A stretch of 64,000 nucleotides of DNA, from contig JAIQFX010000044.1 in the NCBI GenBank assembly GCA_020073005.1, positions 20,878 to 84,877 of the forward strand, in the 5' to 3' direction. Within the stretch, counting starts at the first letter, position 1. Each line of letters starts with the position of its first letter. Of this stretch, positions 37,850 through 46,963 are shown piece by piece. Source of the DNA: Terriglobia bacterium (GTDB lineage: Bacteria > Acidobacteriota > Vicinamibacteria > Vicinamibacterales > CAVVIG01). Under the pieces are notes generated by a model. It ran no database searches. It was not told where the DNA came from and was given only the letters and a program-made list of their open reading frames with translations. Made by a program: the position numbers and the translations under genes.

Positions 37850-39049
37850 ATGAATCTTGTTGGGCGTCAGGACCGCCTGTTGCTCGGCGGTCTGGCCGTC
37901 GCCGTGATCGTCGTCTTCGCGCGGCCGATCGAGCGCTACGGCCTCAGCCTGGCGCGCGAAGCCGAGCGCAGCTCCGGCCTCGCCCTCGTGCCCGCGCTGC
38001 TGATTCTGGTCGCGGTTTTCCTCTTCCATCAGCAAGGCAAACGTCAGGAAGCGAGAGCGCGCACCACGGCGGCGGAAGCCGACGCGAAACAGGCGGGCGC
38101 GCGCGCCGCGGAGATGGAGCGGCTCGTCAATCTCGGTCAGGCGCTCGCCCGATCGCTCGATCTGGAAACGATTCGCGACGCCGTGCTGCAGCACCTGCCC
38201 AAGCTCGCGGGCACCGAGGACGTCTGGATCCTTCTGCGCGTGAGCGGCCACTGGCAGGCGCTGGTCGGCCCGGCGCGCGACACGCGCCGCGAGATCGAGC
38301 GCGCGCGCGAGCACGTGGCCGATCGCGCGCTGGCCGGCGATCTCGCACCCGAGGGTCTGGCCGCCGACGGACAGTATTGCCTGCGGCTCACGGCGGGCGG
38401 GGACATCGTCGGCGTGCTCGGCGTGCCCGAGACCGACGGCCCGATCCAGGAGGCGCGGAAGCGCGTGCTGGCGACGGCCGGGGCGCTGCTCGGCATCTCG
38501 CTTCGCAACGCGCAGCTGTTCCACGAAATCCGCGAGACCAGCCTCCGCGACGGCCTGACCGGCTGCTACAACCGCACGCACGCGCTCGAAGTGATCGACT
38601 CGGAGCTGCGCCGCGCCCGGCGATCGCAGATGCCGATGTCGCTCATCATGTTCGATCTCGATCACTTCAAGGACGTCAACGATCGCTACGGCCATCTCTG
38701 CGGCGACGCGGTGCTGGCGGGCGTCGGCGTCAAGATGCGCGACGCCCTCCGCGGCAGCGATCTGAAATGCCGGTACGGCGGCGAAGAATTTCTCGTGCTG
38801 CTGCCGGAGACGCCGCTCGAAGGCGCCAAGCGCGTCGCGGACTCGCTGCGCCGCGAGCTCGCGGACATGCGCATCACGTGGAAGGACGATTCGCTCACGG
38901 TGACGGCGAGCTTCGGCGTCTCCGTCGCGCTGCCGGCCGAAGTCGACGGCCAGGCGCTCATCGCCCGCGCGGACGCGGCCCTCTACCGCGCCAAAGATCA
39001 GGGACGCAACTGCGTCCGCCTTTCGATCGAAACCGCCGTCGTCGCATAA
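37850..39049 (+). CDS. Membrane-anchored GAF-like/GGDEF diguanylate cyclase
   Basis: Two TMs, DGLTG, DLDHFK.VND.YGH..GD, RGSD I-site, RYGGEEF. Confidence 0.93.
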   Translation: MNLVGRQDRLLLGGLAVAVIVVFARPIERYGLSLAREAERSSGLALVPALLILVAVFLFHQQGKRQEARARTTAAEADAKQAGARAAEMERLVNLGQALARSLDLETIRDAVLQHLPKLAGTEDVWILLRVSGHWQALVGPARDTRREIERAREHVADRALAGDLAPEGLAADGQYCLRLTAGGDIVGVLGVPETDGPIQEARKRVLATAGALLGISLRNAQLFHEIRETSLRDGLTGCYNRTHALEVIDSELRRARRSQMPMSLIMFDLDHFKDVNDRYGHLCGDAVLAGVGVKMRDALRGSDLKCRYGGEEFLVLLPETPLEGAKRVADSLRRELADMRITWKDDSLTVTASFGVSVALPAEVDGQALIARADAALYRAKDQGRNCVRLSIETAVVA

Positions 39050-39078
39050 GCCCCACGCGCACGTGGTACCGTAATTCG

Positions 39079-39981
39079 GTGTCACACACGACCCGGCGCG
39101 CGTATCTGGCCTGGATCGCCGTGTGCCTGATCTGGGGCACGACGTATCTCGCCATCCGCATCTCGCTCGAGACCATTCCGCCGCTGCTGATGGCGGCGAT
39201 CAGATGGATCGTCGCGGGCACGCTGCTCATCACGATCCTCAAGATCCGCGGCGAGCGCCTGCCGGGGCCGCGCGCGTGGCCGTCGCTCGCCATCCTCGGC
39301 GTACTGCTGCTCGGCTTCGGCAACGGCGCGGTCGTCTGGGCCGAGCAGACCGTGCCGAGCGGCCTGACGGCCGTGCTCGTCGCCACCTGTCCGTTCTGGA
39401 TGGTCGGCATCGACGCGGTGATGCCGGACGGCGCGCGCCTGACGATCACGCGCGTGGCCGGACTGGCGGTCGGGTTCGGCGGCATCGTCATTCTGGTCTG
39501 GCCGGAAATCCACGCGAGCGACGCCGGCGGCCGCGCGTTCCTCGGCGGCGTGATTGCGGCGCAGATCGCGTGCGTCGGCTGGGCGATCGGATCGTCGTAC
39601 GCCCGCCACCGCGGGCGCGGTCACGCGCGCGACGAAAACGTCCTCGCGACGGCGGCGTTCGAGATGCTGTTCGGCGGCATCGTGCTGCTCGTCGCCGGAC
39701 TCGTCTTGCGCGAAGCCTCGCACCTGGCCTTCACGCCGAGGACGACAGCCGCGCTCGTCTACCTGATCTTCTTCGGCGCGATCGGCGGCTTCACGGCGTA
39801 CGCGTACGCGCTCAAGCATCTTCCCGTCGCCACGGTGTCGCTCTACGCGTACGTCAATCCGATCATCGCGGTCGTGCTCGGGACGATCGTGCTCAGCGAG
39901 CCGCTGAATGCGCGGATGGTGATCGCCGCAGCGGTCGTGCTGGGCGGAATGGCGATGGTCAGGGCTGAAGCGAGAGCCTAG
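39079..39981 (+). CDS. EamA/DMT family transporter (YedA-like)
   Basis: IWGTTYLAIR, about 10 TMs, YAYVNP..AV.LG...L.E; GTG 39079. Confidence 0.9.
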   Translation: MSHTTRRAYLAWIAVCLIWGTTYLAIRISLETIPPLLMAAIRWIVAGTLLITILKIRGERLPGPRAWPSLAILGVLLLGFGNGAVVWAEQTVPSGLTAVLVATCPFWMVGIDAVMPDGARLTITRVAGLAVGFGGIVILVWPEIHASDAGGRAFLGGVIAAQIACVGWAIGSSYARHRGRGHARDENVLATAAFEMLFGGIVLLVAGLVLREASHLAFTPRTTAALVYLIFFGAIGGFTAYAYALKHLPVATVSLYAYVNPIIAVVLGTIVLSEPLNARMVIAAAVVLGGMAMVRAEARA

Positions 39982-40015
39982 AAGTCAGAACTGAGAAGTT
40001 GGAACTGAAAAGTGA
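39981..40015. repeat. Degenerate heptamer tandem repeat
   Basis: gaagtca gaactga gaagttg gaactga aaagtga. Confidence 0.7.
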
Positions 40016-40653
40016 AGACGCGCACACGTTTTGTCATCGTCCTGATCTCCGCGCTCCTGACGCCAGCTGCATCACTCGCACAGGACGCGGCACCGCCTTC
40101 TTCGCCGCAGACTGATACGAGGGGCCGCGTCGTGGATGCCGTGCAGTTTCTCGCCGGCGGCGCGCTCGGGTTGGCGATGCACGAGAGCGGGCATCTGATC
40201 GTCGACGGGATGTTCGACGCGCAGCCGCGACTCGAAGGCATCCGGTTCGGGCCGTTTCCGTTCTTCGCGATCACTCACAACGCGAACGTGTCGCCTCGGC
40301 GCGAGTTCACGATCTCGTCCGCGGGATTCTGGGTGCAAAGCCTGTCGAGCGAGTGGCTGCTCACGCGCGATCGCCTTCGCGAGGAGCACGCGCCGGTCGC
40401 CAAGGGCGTGCTCGCGTTCAACGTCCTCGATTCGGTGGGCTACGCCGCGGTGGCGCTGGCGAAAGCCGGCCCCGTCGAGCGCGACACGCGAGGGATGGCG
40501 TCGGGAATCGACGTGGACGAACGTGCCGTCGCGCTCGTCGTGCTCGCGCCGGCGGCGTTCGACGCGTATCGGTATTTCCATCCGGACGCGCGCTGGGCGG
40601 TGTGGGCGTCGCGGATCGCGAAGATCGGTTCGGTGACGCTCGTTGTGAAATGA
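40012..40653 (+). CDS. Exported/membrane protein with HExxH motif
   Basis: Signal peptide, LAMHESGH, hydrophobic segments. Confidence 0.65.
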   Translation: MKTRTRFVIVLISALLTPAASLAQDAAPPSSPQTDTRGRVVDAVQFLAGGALGLAMHESGHLIVDGMFDAQPRLEGIRFGPFPFFAITHNANVSPRREFTISSAGFWVQSLSSEWLLTRDRLREEHAPVAKGVLAFNVLDSVGYAAVALAKAGPVERDTRGMASGIDVDERAVALVVLAPAAFDAYRYFHPDARWAVWASRIAKIGSVTLVVK

Positions 40654-40656
40654 CGC

Positions 40657-41112
40657 CTACGTCTCTTCCGGCTTCGGCCCGAGCGCGAACGTCATCGAGC
40701 CTTCGGCGACCGTGATTCCGTTCACCGTCGCGACGCCTTTGAGCAGTCCCATCCGGGTGCGCAGCCGCACGACGTTGGCTTCGATCACGACGACGTCGCC
40801 CGGGTGCACGGCGCGGCGGTAGCGCACGCGCTCGATGCCCGCGAAGAAGGGCAGGCGCTGGCGGTTCTCGGGCTTGGCGAGGATGAGGATCGCGCCGACC
40901 TGCGCCACGGCCTCGGTGAGGATCGTCGGCGGCATCACGGGCGGGCCCTGCGTCGAGTACGACAGGTAGCGTTCGTTGTGCGAAACGTTCTTGATGCCGA
41001 CGATGCGCTTGTCGACTTCGAATTCGATGATGCGGTCGACCAGCAGGAACGGATAGCGGTGCGGCAGGATCCGTTCGATGTCGGCGTGGTCGAGCGGCAG
41101 CTTCAGGTCCAT
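40657..41112 (-). CDS. FabZ-like hotdog protein with degenerate active site
   Basis: ILPHRYPFLLVDRI, GIKNVS..E, EAVAQ, V.PGD; the GHFP motif is absent. Confidence 0.8.
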   Translation of the reverse strand: MDLKLPLDHADIERILPHRYPFLLVDRIIEFEVDKRIVGIKNVSHNERYLSYSTQGPPVMPPTILTEAVAQVGAILILAKPENRQRLPFFAGIERVRYRRAVHPGDVVVIEANVVRLRTRMGLLKGVATVNGITVAEGSMTFALGPKPEET

Positions 41113-41153
41113 GGGAAGGAAGCGATTATACTTCGGGGTGAGTTCTCGCCCTG

Positions 41154-42923
41154 ATGTCGACACCCGGCAACACCGCCCACACCGCGACCACCAACGACCA
41201 GCTCACGACGCTGTTCGCGCTCGGGCGCGAGGTGGCGTCGGTCCTCGATCTCGACGAGCTGCTCCGCAAGATTCCCGAGCTGATCGCGCGCCTGACGAAG
41301 TTCAAGGCGTTCGCGGTGTACCTGCTGGAGCCGAAGAAGGGCGAGCTGACGATCGCGTACTCGGTCGGCTATCCCGACGCGGCCAAGAAGCTGCACGTCA
41401 AGGTCGGGCGCGGTCTGGTCGGCGCCGCCGTCGCCGAGGGTCAGCCGATTCTCGTCAACGACGTCCTGACGGATCCGCGGTACGTCGAAGCCGTCCCCGG
41501 ATCGCGCGCCGAGCTCGTCGTGCCGCTCCGCCGCAAGGGGCGCGTGATCGGCGCCCTCAATCTGTTGAGCGACACGCCACACCAGTTCACCGAGACCGAC
41601 GAGACGATGCTGCGGCAGTTCGGCGCGTACGTGGCGGTGTCGATCGAGAACGCGCTGCTCATCGAGCACGATCGCGAGTACACGGCGACGCTCGAGACGC
41701 TCGCGGAAATCGCGCACGAGTTCGCGGCGATTCTCGATCTCGACGAGCTGCTGACCCGCCTGGCGCAGCTGACGCGCCGCGTGATCGACTACCGCACGTT
41801 CGGCATCTTCCTGCTGAACGAGGAGATGGGCGAGCTCGAGATGAAAGCGGCCGTGCGCTACGGCGATCGCGTGAACGCGCCGCGCGTGAAGCTCGGCCTG
41901 GGGCTCGTCGGCTACGCCGCGCTGCACAAGGAGGTCGTCCTCGTGCCGGACGTCTCGGCCGACCCCCGCTACATCAAGGTCGTCCACGATGCGCGGTCCG
42001 AGCTCGTGATCCCGCTGATGGTGCACGATCGCTGCATCGGCGTCTTCGATCTGGAGAGCCCGGAGCTCGACGCGTTCACGAAGAGCCACGCCGAGATCCT
42101 CACGCTGCTCGCGAGCCAGGCGGCCGTCGCCATCGAGAACGCGCGCCTGTATCAGACGATCCGCGCGAACGAGATCCGTCTCGAGAAGGAGATCCGGTTC
42201 GCCCAGCGCGTGCAGATGGCGCTGTTGCCGACGGAGCTGCCCAAGCGCATGAAGCACGTGGACGTCGCCGCGCGCTTCGAGCCCGCGCGCGGACTCGGCG
42301 GCGATCTCTACGACTTCCTCGCGCCCGAGCCCAACACGCTCGCGGTCGCCGTCGGCGACGTCTCGGGCAAGGGCGTGCCGGCCGCGCTCTACAGCGCGTT
42401 CGCCGGCGAGCTGATTCGATCGCGCACGTTCCGGCGCCGCTACGCGCTCGATCGCTTCACGCCGGCGGGCATCCTCGAGTCGACCAACATGATTCTCTGC
42501 GAGCGGCAGCTCGAGGAGTATTTCTGCACGCTCTGCTACGCGCTCTTCGATTTCAAGCGGCGCAGCGTCACGATCGCGAACTCCGGACTTCCGTATCCCG
42601 TGCGCTGTCGCGGCGACGAGGTCCACCAGATCGTGCTGCCGGGCATTCCACTCGGCGCGCTGGCCGGATCGAAGTACGACGAGCTGACGTTCGATCTCGC
42701 GGCGGGGGACGTGTTCGTGTTCTGCTCGGACGGCGTGTTCGAAGCCAACGACGCGGGCGGCCGGGAGTTCGGCGCCGAGCGGCTGCTGCAGGTGGTCGGC
42801 GACACGCGCCAGAAAGCCGCGAAAGAGATCGTCGCCGCGATTCTGGCCGCTGTTCAGGAATTCCGCGGAGGCGCGCCGCCGAACGACGACTTGACGACCG
42901 TCGCGGTGAAGATCACGACGTGA
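41154..42923 (+). CDS. GAF-GAF-PP2C (RsbU/SpoIIE-type) phosphatase
   Basis: Two GAF repeats, GGDLYD, GDVSGKG, SDGVFEA, DDLT. Confidence 0.92.
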   Translation: MSTPGNTAHTATTNDQLTTLFALGREVASVLDLDELLRKIPELIARLTKFKAFAVYLLEPKKGELTIAYSVGYPDAAKKLHVKVGRGLVGAAVAEGQPILVNDVLTDPRYVEAVPGSRAELVVPLRRKGRVIGALNLLSDTPHQFTETDETMLRQFGAYVAVSIENALLIEHDREYTATLETLAEIAHEFAAILDLDELLTRLAQLTRRVIDYRTFGIFLLNEEMGELEMKAAVRYGDRVNAPRVKLGLGLVGYAALHKEVVLVPDVSADPRYIKVVHDARSELVIPLMVHDRCIGVFDLESPELDAFTKSHAEILTLLASQAAVAIENARLYQTIRANEIRLEKEIRFAQRVQMALLPTELPKRMKHVDVAARFEPARGLGGDLYDFLAPEPNTLAVAVGDVSGKGVPAALYSAFAGELIRSRTFRRRYALDRFTPAGILESTNMILCERQLEEYFCTLCYALFDFKRRSVTIANSGLPYPVRCRGDEVHQIVLPGIPLGALAGSKYDELTFDLAAGDVFVFCSDGVFEANDAGGREFGAERLLQVVGDTRQKAAKEIVAAILAAVQEFRGGAPPNDDLTTVAVKITT

Positions 42924-42976
42924 TTTGAGGATCTGAGGATCTGAGGATTTGAGGATCTGAGGAAGTGAGGAAGTGG
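42923..42976. repeat. Octamer tandem repeat
   Basis: atttgagg atctgagg atctgagg atttgagg atctgagg aagtgagg aagtgg. Confidence 0.85.
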
Positions 42977-43062
42977 TCGCGCCGAATCGTGAGTGAAGAC
43001 CGAGGTGCGGCGATGCCAGCGCCTGCCTGAAGTTACGCACCCCGTGATTCGACGCGACCGGT
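42975..43062 (-). ncRNA. Candidate structured small RNA
   Basis: 14-bp outer stem (42975-42988/43046-43059) and 8-bp inner stem, both using G-U pairs on the minus strand; sigma54-like promoter directly upstream. Confidence 0.4.
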
Positions 43063-43072
43063 GATCCCTACA

Positions 43073-43088
43073 TCAAATCGCGTGCCCG
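43073..43088 (-). promoter_or_regulatory. Sigma54-like promoter
   Basis: Minus strand GGGCAC-gcgat-TTGA with correct -24/-12 spacing and a variant -12. Confidence 0.4.
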
Positions 43089-43185
43089 AAAACCGGCGCG
43101 AAAATGGCCGAAAAACGCTGATTGCGGTCTGGCGGGCGTCCTGCCCGCAGTACGGTCGACCTCAACCGGAGACATTCCGCGCCAC

Positions 43186-44337
43186 CTATGAGCTCGCCGC
43201 CTTCTTTTCGGCTGGTTCTTCAGGCGCGATGGCCACGACGCTCGCTAGATGCGCAGCGATGATCCCCGCGAGCGCTTGAACCGCTTGCGAGGTTTCCGCG
43301 CCGCCGCGGATCTCGGCGGAGAACACGCCGACGCAGCCGTCCGCCGTGAGAATCGGCGCCACCACGGCGCCGTTGCCGCCGCCGGGACGCGCGAGCACGA
43401 TCTGCAGCGTGCCCGATCGGTACGCGGCCGCCGCGGCGTTGTCCGCGGATCTCGGCATCGCCTGAATGCGCGCCACCGTCTGCGGACTGTAGCCGTGCGT
43501 CAGCGCCGGCTGCAGCGTCGCGCCGTCCGGACTTCCCATCCACACGACGATGCCGCTCGCGTCCAGCGCTTCGGCGGCGCGGCCCAGCAGCCGCTCGAGC
43601 TCGTGCGAATCTCTGACGCGCCCGAAGTCGGTCGCCAGCGCCGCGGCGTTGACGAGCACGGCCGAGGCACGCGCCACGGGCGGCTCGACGCGCGCGGCCG
43701 GCTGTGCCGCCGGCGGCGCGATGGCAACGGTCGGCGCTTCCAGCGCCACCGCGGTGAACAGCAGGACGACGACGATCAGGCAGGCGAGCGCGGCAGATGA
43801 AGCGATCGCGAGCGTCTGGCGCGCTCGAAGCGCGGCTGTGCGCGTCGCGTACGTCTGACGCTCGGTCGCTGTCGCCAGCTCCAGCTGGCGCGCGGCCGCC
43901 GCGATCGCGTTCGCGCCGTCGGAGAAGATCGTGTCGCCCGCGGTCAGCAGCTGTCCGGATTTCACGAGATCCCGCGCGCGCGCGTCGACTTTCTGAAACT
44001 CCACGACCGCGCCGGCGGCCTGGTCGAGCGCGCCCTGCACGTCGGCGTTCTGCGACGACTCCCGCAGCGCGTCGAGCGTGCTGGTCACCCCCATCGTGCC
44101 GGCCGCCACCTTCGGCGTCCAGAACGCGACACCCTGGCCCGCGGCGACGTAGGCCTGCTCGCCCGCGCGCACATCCGCCAGCGCGCCGGCCGCGTCACGC
44201 GCGCGCTGTTCGAACACGCGCGCGGCGGCGGCGAGATTCCCGATCTGCGTTTCGTAATTGAAGAATAAAAGACCGGCGGCGGCGAGTCCGATCCACGCGG
44301 CAGCACCGAGCGTCAATCGAATCGCGCGGGATCGCAT
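43186..44337 (-). CDS. Two-TM sensor-like protein: periplasmic helical bundle plus cytoplasmic GAF-like domain
   Basis: TM at aa 8-26 and about 176-198; C-terminal GAF-like pattern (VVAPIL..GCVGVF). Confidence 0.6.
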   Translation of the reverse strand: MRSRAIRLTLGAAAWIGLAAAGLLFFNYETQIGNLAAAARVFEQRARDAAGALADVRAGEQAYVAAGQGVAFWTPKVAAGTMGVTSTLDALRESSQNADVQGALDQAAGAVVEFQKVDARARDLVKSGQLLTAGDTIFSDGANAIAAAARQLELATATERQTYATRTAALRARQTLAIASSAALACLIVVVLLFTAVALEAPTVAIAPPAAQPAARVEPPVARASAVLVNAAALATDFGRVRDSHELERLLGRAAEALDASGIVVWMGSPDGATLQPALTHGYSPQTVARIQAMPRSADNAAAAAYRSGTLQIVLARPGGGNGAVVAPILTADGCVGVFSAEIRGGAETSQAVQALAGIIAAHLASVVAIAPEEPAEKKAASS

Positions 44338-44388
44338 GCGAGGCCCTTGGGGGGAAGTCAGCGAACGTCAGAGTATCATAAGCGTTCC

Positions 44389-46950
44389 ATGCCGGCGACG
44401 GTGATGTGGCTGCTGTTGGCCATGACTGGAATGACTGCGACGCCTCAATCGCCGGCGCGCGGCGTCGCCGTGGCCGGCGTCGTGCAGGATCAGACCGGCG
44501 CGATTCTGCCGGGCGCGCAGATCACACTGCTGGTGTCCGGTTCCGCCGCTCCGTCGCAAACGGCCGTCAGCGATGCCGCCGGCGCGTTTCGCTTCGACCG
44601 CGTGCCGCCCGGCACGTACGACATCCGCACCGAGTTTCCAGGTTTCAACACGAACGTCGCCCACGTGCGCGTCACGACCCGCGCGCCGGGCTCGACGACG
44701 GTCGTCATGACGATCGAGGGATTCACGCAGGAAGTGTCGGTCGGCGGCGCCGGGACGGAGACGAGCACGAACACGGCCGCGAACCTGAACGCGATCACGC
44801 TGGACGAGGACACGCTCGACGATCTGCCCGTCCTCGACCAGGATATCGTCGCCGCCGTGTCGCGCTTTCTCGACTCGAGCGCGATCGGGACCGGCGGGAC
44901 GACGATCCTCGTCGACGGCATCGAGGTGAACACGCTGGCGCTCTCGGCGTCGGCCGTGCAGCAGATCAAGATCAATCAGGATCCGTACGCCGCGGAGTTC
45001 ATGCGTCCGGGCCGCGGCCGCATCGAGATCATCACCAAGCCCGGCGGCAAGGACTACAGCGGCACGTTCAACCTCCGCTTCCGTGACTCGGCGTTCTACG
45101 CCCGCAACGCGTTCGCGGCGACGAAGCCGCCCGAGCAGCGCCGGATCTACGAGGGCACGCTCGGCGGGCCGGTCCCGGGCGCGCAGAAGACGAACTTCCT
45201 GTTCTCGGGCTCGTACGACAGCGAGGCCAACCAGTCGATCGTGTTCGCCGACACGCCCGCGGGCGCGGTCAACGTCAACGTCGCGACGCCCTACACGCAC
45301 CTGCTGGCCGCCGGCACGTGGAATCACCAGCAAGGCGACAACACCACGCAGTCGATCCGGTTTTCGCATCTGTACAACAGGAACACCAGCCAGGGCGTCG
45401 GCGGCGTGAATCTGCCGGAAGTCGGCTTCAACCACGAAGACACCGAAGACGAGGCGACGTTCAGCCAGCAGACGATCTTCTCGCCGACGCTGCTCAACGA
45501 TTTCAAACTGCTCGTCGGCGTCGAGAACGAGCCTCGCACGAGCCTGAACGCGGCCCCGCGCATCGTCGTGCAGGACGCGTTCACCGGCGGCGGCGCTCAG
45601 CAGGATCAGCTGCGCACGGAGCATCACTTCACGCTCGTCGAAGCGATCACGTGGTCGCCCGCGAACCACACGATCAAGTTCGGGCTGAACATTCCCGACT
45701 GGAGCTGGCGCGGCAACGAGGACAACACCAACACGGGCGGCACGTTTTATTTCTCGAGCCTCGCGGACTACACGGCCGGCCGCCCGTACTCGTTCATCCA
45801 GCAGGCCGGCGACGGCCACACGCTCTTCCTCGAGAAAGTCGTGAGCGGCTTCGTGCAGGACGAGATCCGGCTGCGGCCGAACTTCTCGGTCGACGTCGGC
45901 CTGCGCTACGACTGGCAGAACTACTTTCACGACCAGGACAACTTCGCGCCGCGCGGGTCGTTTGCGTACGCGGTGGACGAGAACCGCCGCACGATTCTTC
46001 GCGGCGGGGCGGGCGTCTTCTACGATCGCACCGGTCCGGGGCCGATTCAGGATTTGTTGCGCTACGACGGCCAGCATCTGCAGCGCTACGTGCTCACCGA
46101 TCCCGGCTATCCGAATCCGCTCAAGCCAGGGCAGAGCCTGAGCGCGCAGCCGGTCAGCCTCGTGCAGCTGTCGCCGGACGTCGTGATTCCGTTCACGGTG
46201 CAGTACAGCGTCGGCGTCGAGCGTCAGCTCCGGCCCAAGACGACGCTCGCGATCAACTTCATCGGATCGCGCGGCGTGGACATGTTCCGCTCGCGCGACG
46301 TCAACGCGCCGCCGCCGCCGTTGTACCTCGCGCGGCCGGATCCGGCGTACAGCGTCGTGCGGCAGATCGAATCGGCCGGCACGATGCGGACGTCGTCGCT
46401 GCAGTTCACGCTGCGCGGCCAGATGTCGCGGTTCTTCAGCGGCTCGGCCGAGTACAACTTCGGCCGCGCCTACAACGACACGAGCGGCATCGGCTGGATG
46501 CCGCCCAACAGCTACGACCTGTCGCTCGAGTACGCGCGCGCGGATTTCAACACGCGGCACCGCGTCGATCTGTTCGGCACGGTGACGCCGGCGCCGGGCA
46601 TGAACTTCGGCGTCTCGCTCGGTCTGTATTCAGGACGGCCGTATTCGCTGTCGACGGGGCAGGACCTTTTCAATACGGGGACGGCGAACGCGCGGCCGGC
46701 CGGCGTGCCGCGCAACAGCCTCGAAGGGCCCGGCACGATCAATCTGGATCTGCGCTGGTCGCGCGAGTTCGTCGTCTCGATGCAGGGAACGCGCAAGCGC
46801 ACGGCGACGATTGGCGTCGACGCGTTCAACGTGCAGAACCGCATCAACTACAGCACTCCGATCGGCAACCTCAGCTCGCCGTTCTTCGGCCAGTCGATCT
46901 CGGCGCAGGCTCCGCGCCGTCTGCAGTTCTCGGTGCGAATTCGGTACTGA
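44389..46950 (+). CDS. TonB-dependent-receptor-like outer membrane protein (carboxypeptidase-regulatory domain plus beta-barrel)
   Basis: Signal peptide, GVVQDQTGAILPGA, YAAEF, FVQD, GLRYD, APR, C-terminal RRLQFSVRIRY. Confidence 0.88.
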   Translation: MPATVMWLLLAMTGMTATPQSPARGVAVAGVVQDQTGAILPGAQITLLVSGSAAPSQTAVSDAAGAFRFDRVPPGTYDIRTEFPGFNTNVAHVRVTTRAPGSTTVVMTIEGFTQEVSVGGAGTETSTNTAANLNAITLDEDTLDDLPVLDQDIVAAVSRFLDSSAIGTGGTTILVDGIEVNTLALSASAVQQIKINQDPYAAEFMRPGRGRIEIITKPGGKDYSGTFNLRFRDSAFYARNAFAATKPPEQRRIYEGTLGGPVPGAQKTNFLFSGSYDSEANQSIVFADTPAGAVNVNVATPYTHLLAAGTWNHQQGDNTTQSIRFSHLYNRNTSQGVGGVNLPEVGFNHEDTEDEATFSQQTIFSPTLLNDFKLLVGVENEPRTSLNAAPRIVVQDAFTGGGAQQDQLRTEHHFTLVEAITWSPANHTIKFGLNIPDWSWRGNEDNTNTGGTFYFSSLADYTAGRPYSFIQQAGDGHTLFLEKVVSGFVQDEIRLRPNFSVDVGLRYDWQNYFHDQDNFAPRGSFAYAVDENRRTILRGGAGVFYDRTGPGPIQDLLRYDGQHLQRYVLTDPGYPNPLKPGQSLSAQPVSLVQLSPDVVIPFTVQYSVGVERQLRPKTTLAINFIGSRGVDMFRSRDVNAPPPPLYLARPDPAYSVVRQIESAGTMRTSSLQFTLRGQMSRFFSGSAEYNFGRAYNDTSGIGWMPPNSYDLSLEYARADFNTRHRVDLFGTVTPAPGMNFGVSLGLYSGRPYSLSTGQDLFNTGTANARPAGVPRNSLEGPGTINLDLRWSREFVVSMQGTRKRTATIGVDAFNVQNRINYSTPIGNLSSPFFGQSISAQAPRRLQFSVRIRY

Positions 46951-46963
46951 CGGCGGAAGGGCG

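Noticed and set aside
37328-39085. 585-aa minus-strand ORF
   Set aside because: Most of it is the antisense shadow of the diguanylate cyclase. Only the part from 37798 is a real gene, and that continues through the UGA.
42975-43060. SRP RNA, tRNA-Sec or c-di-GMP riboswitch
   Set aside because: Lacks the SRP GGAA-loop domain, a tRNA cloverleaf with T-loop, and the GEMM motifs; kept only as an unknown structured RNA.
41103-46560. 645-aa and 730-aa minus-strand ORFs, including an apparent PQILKSS repeat
   Set aside because: Shadows of the PP2C and TonB-like genes; the peptide repeat is just the translated octamer DNA repeat.
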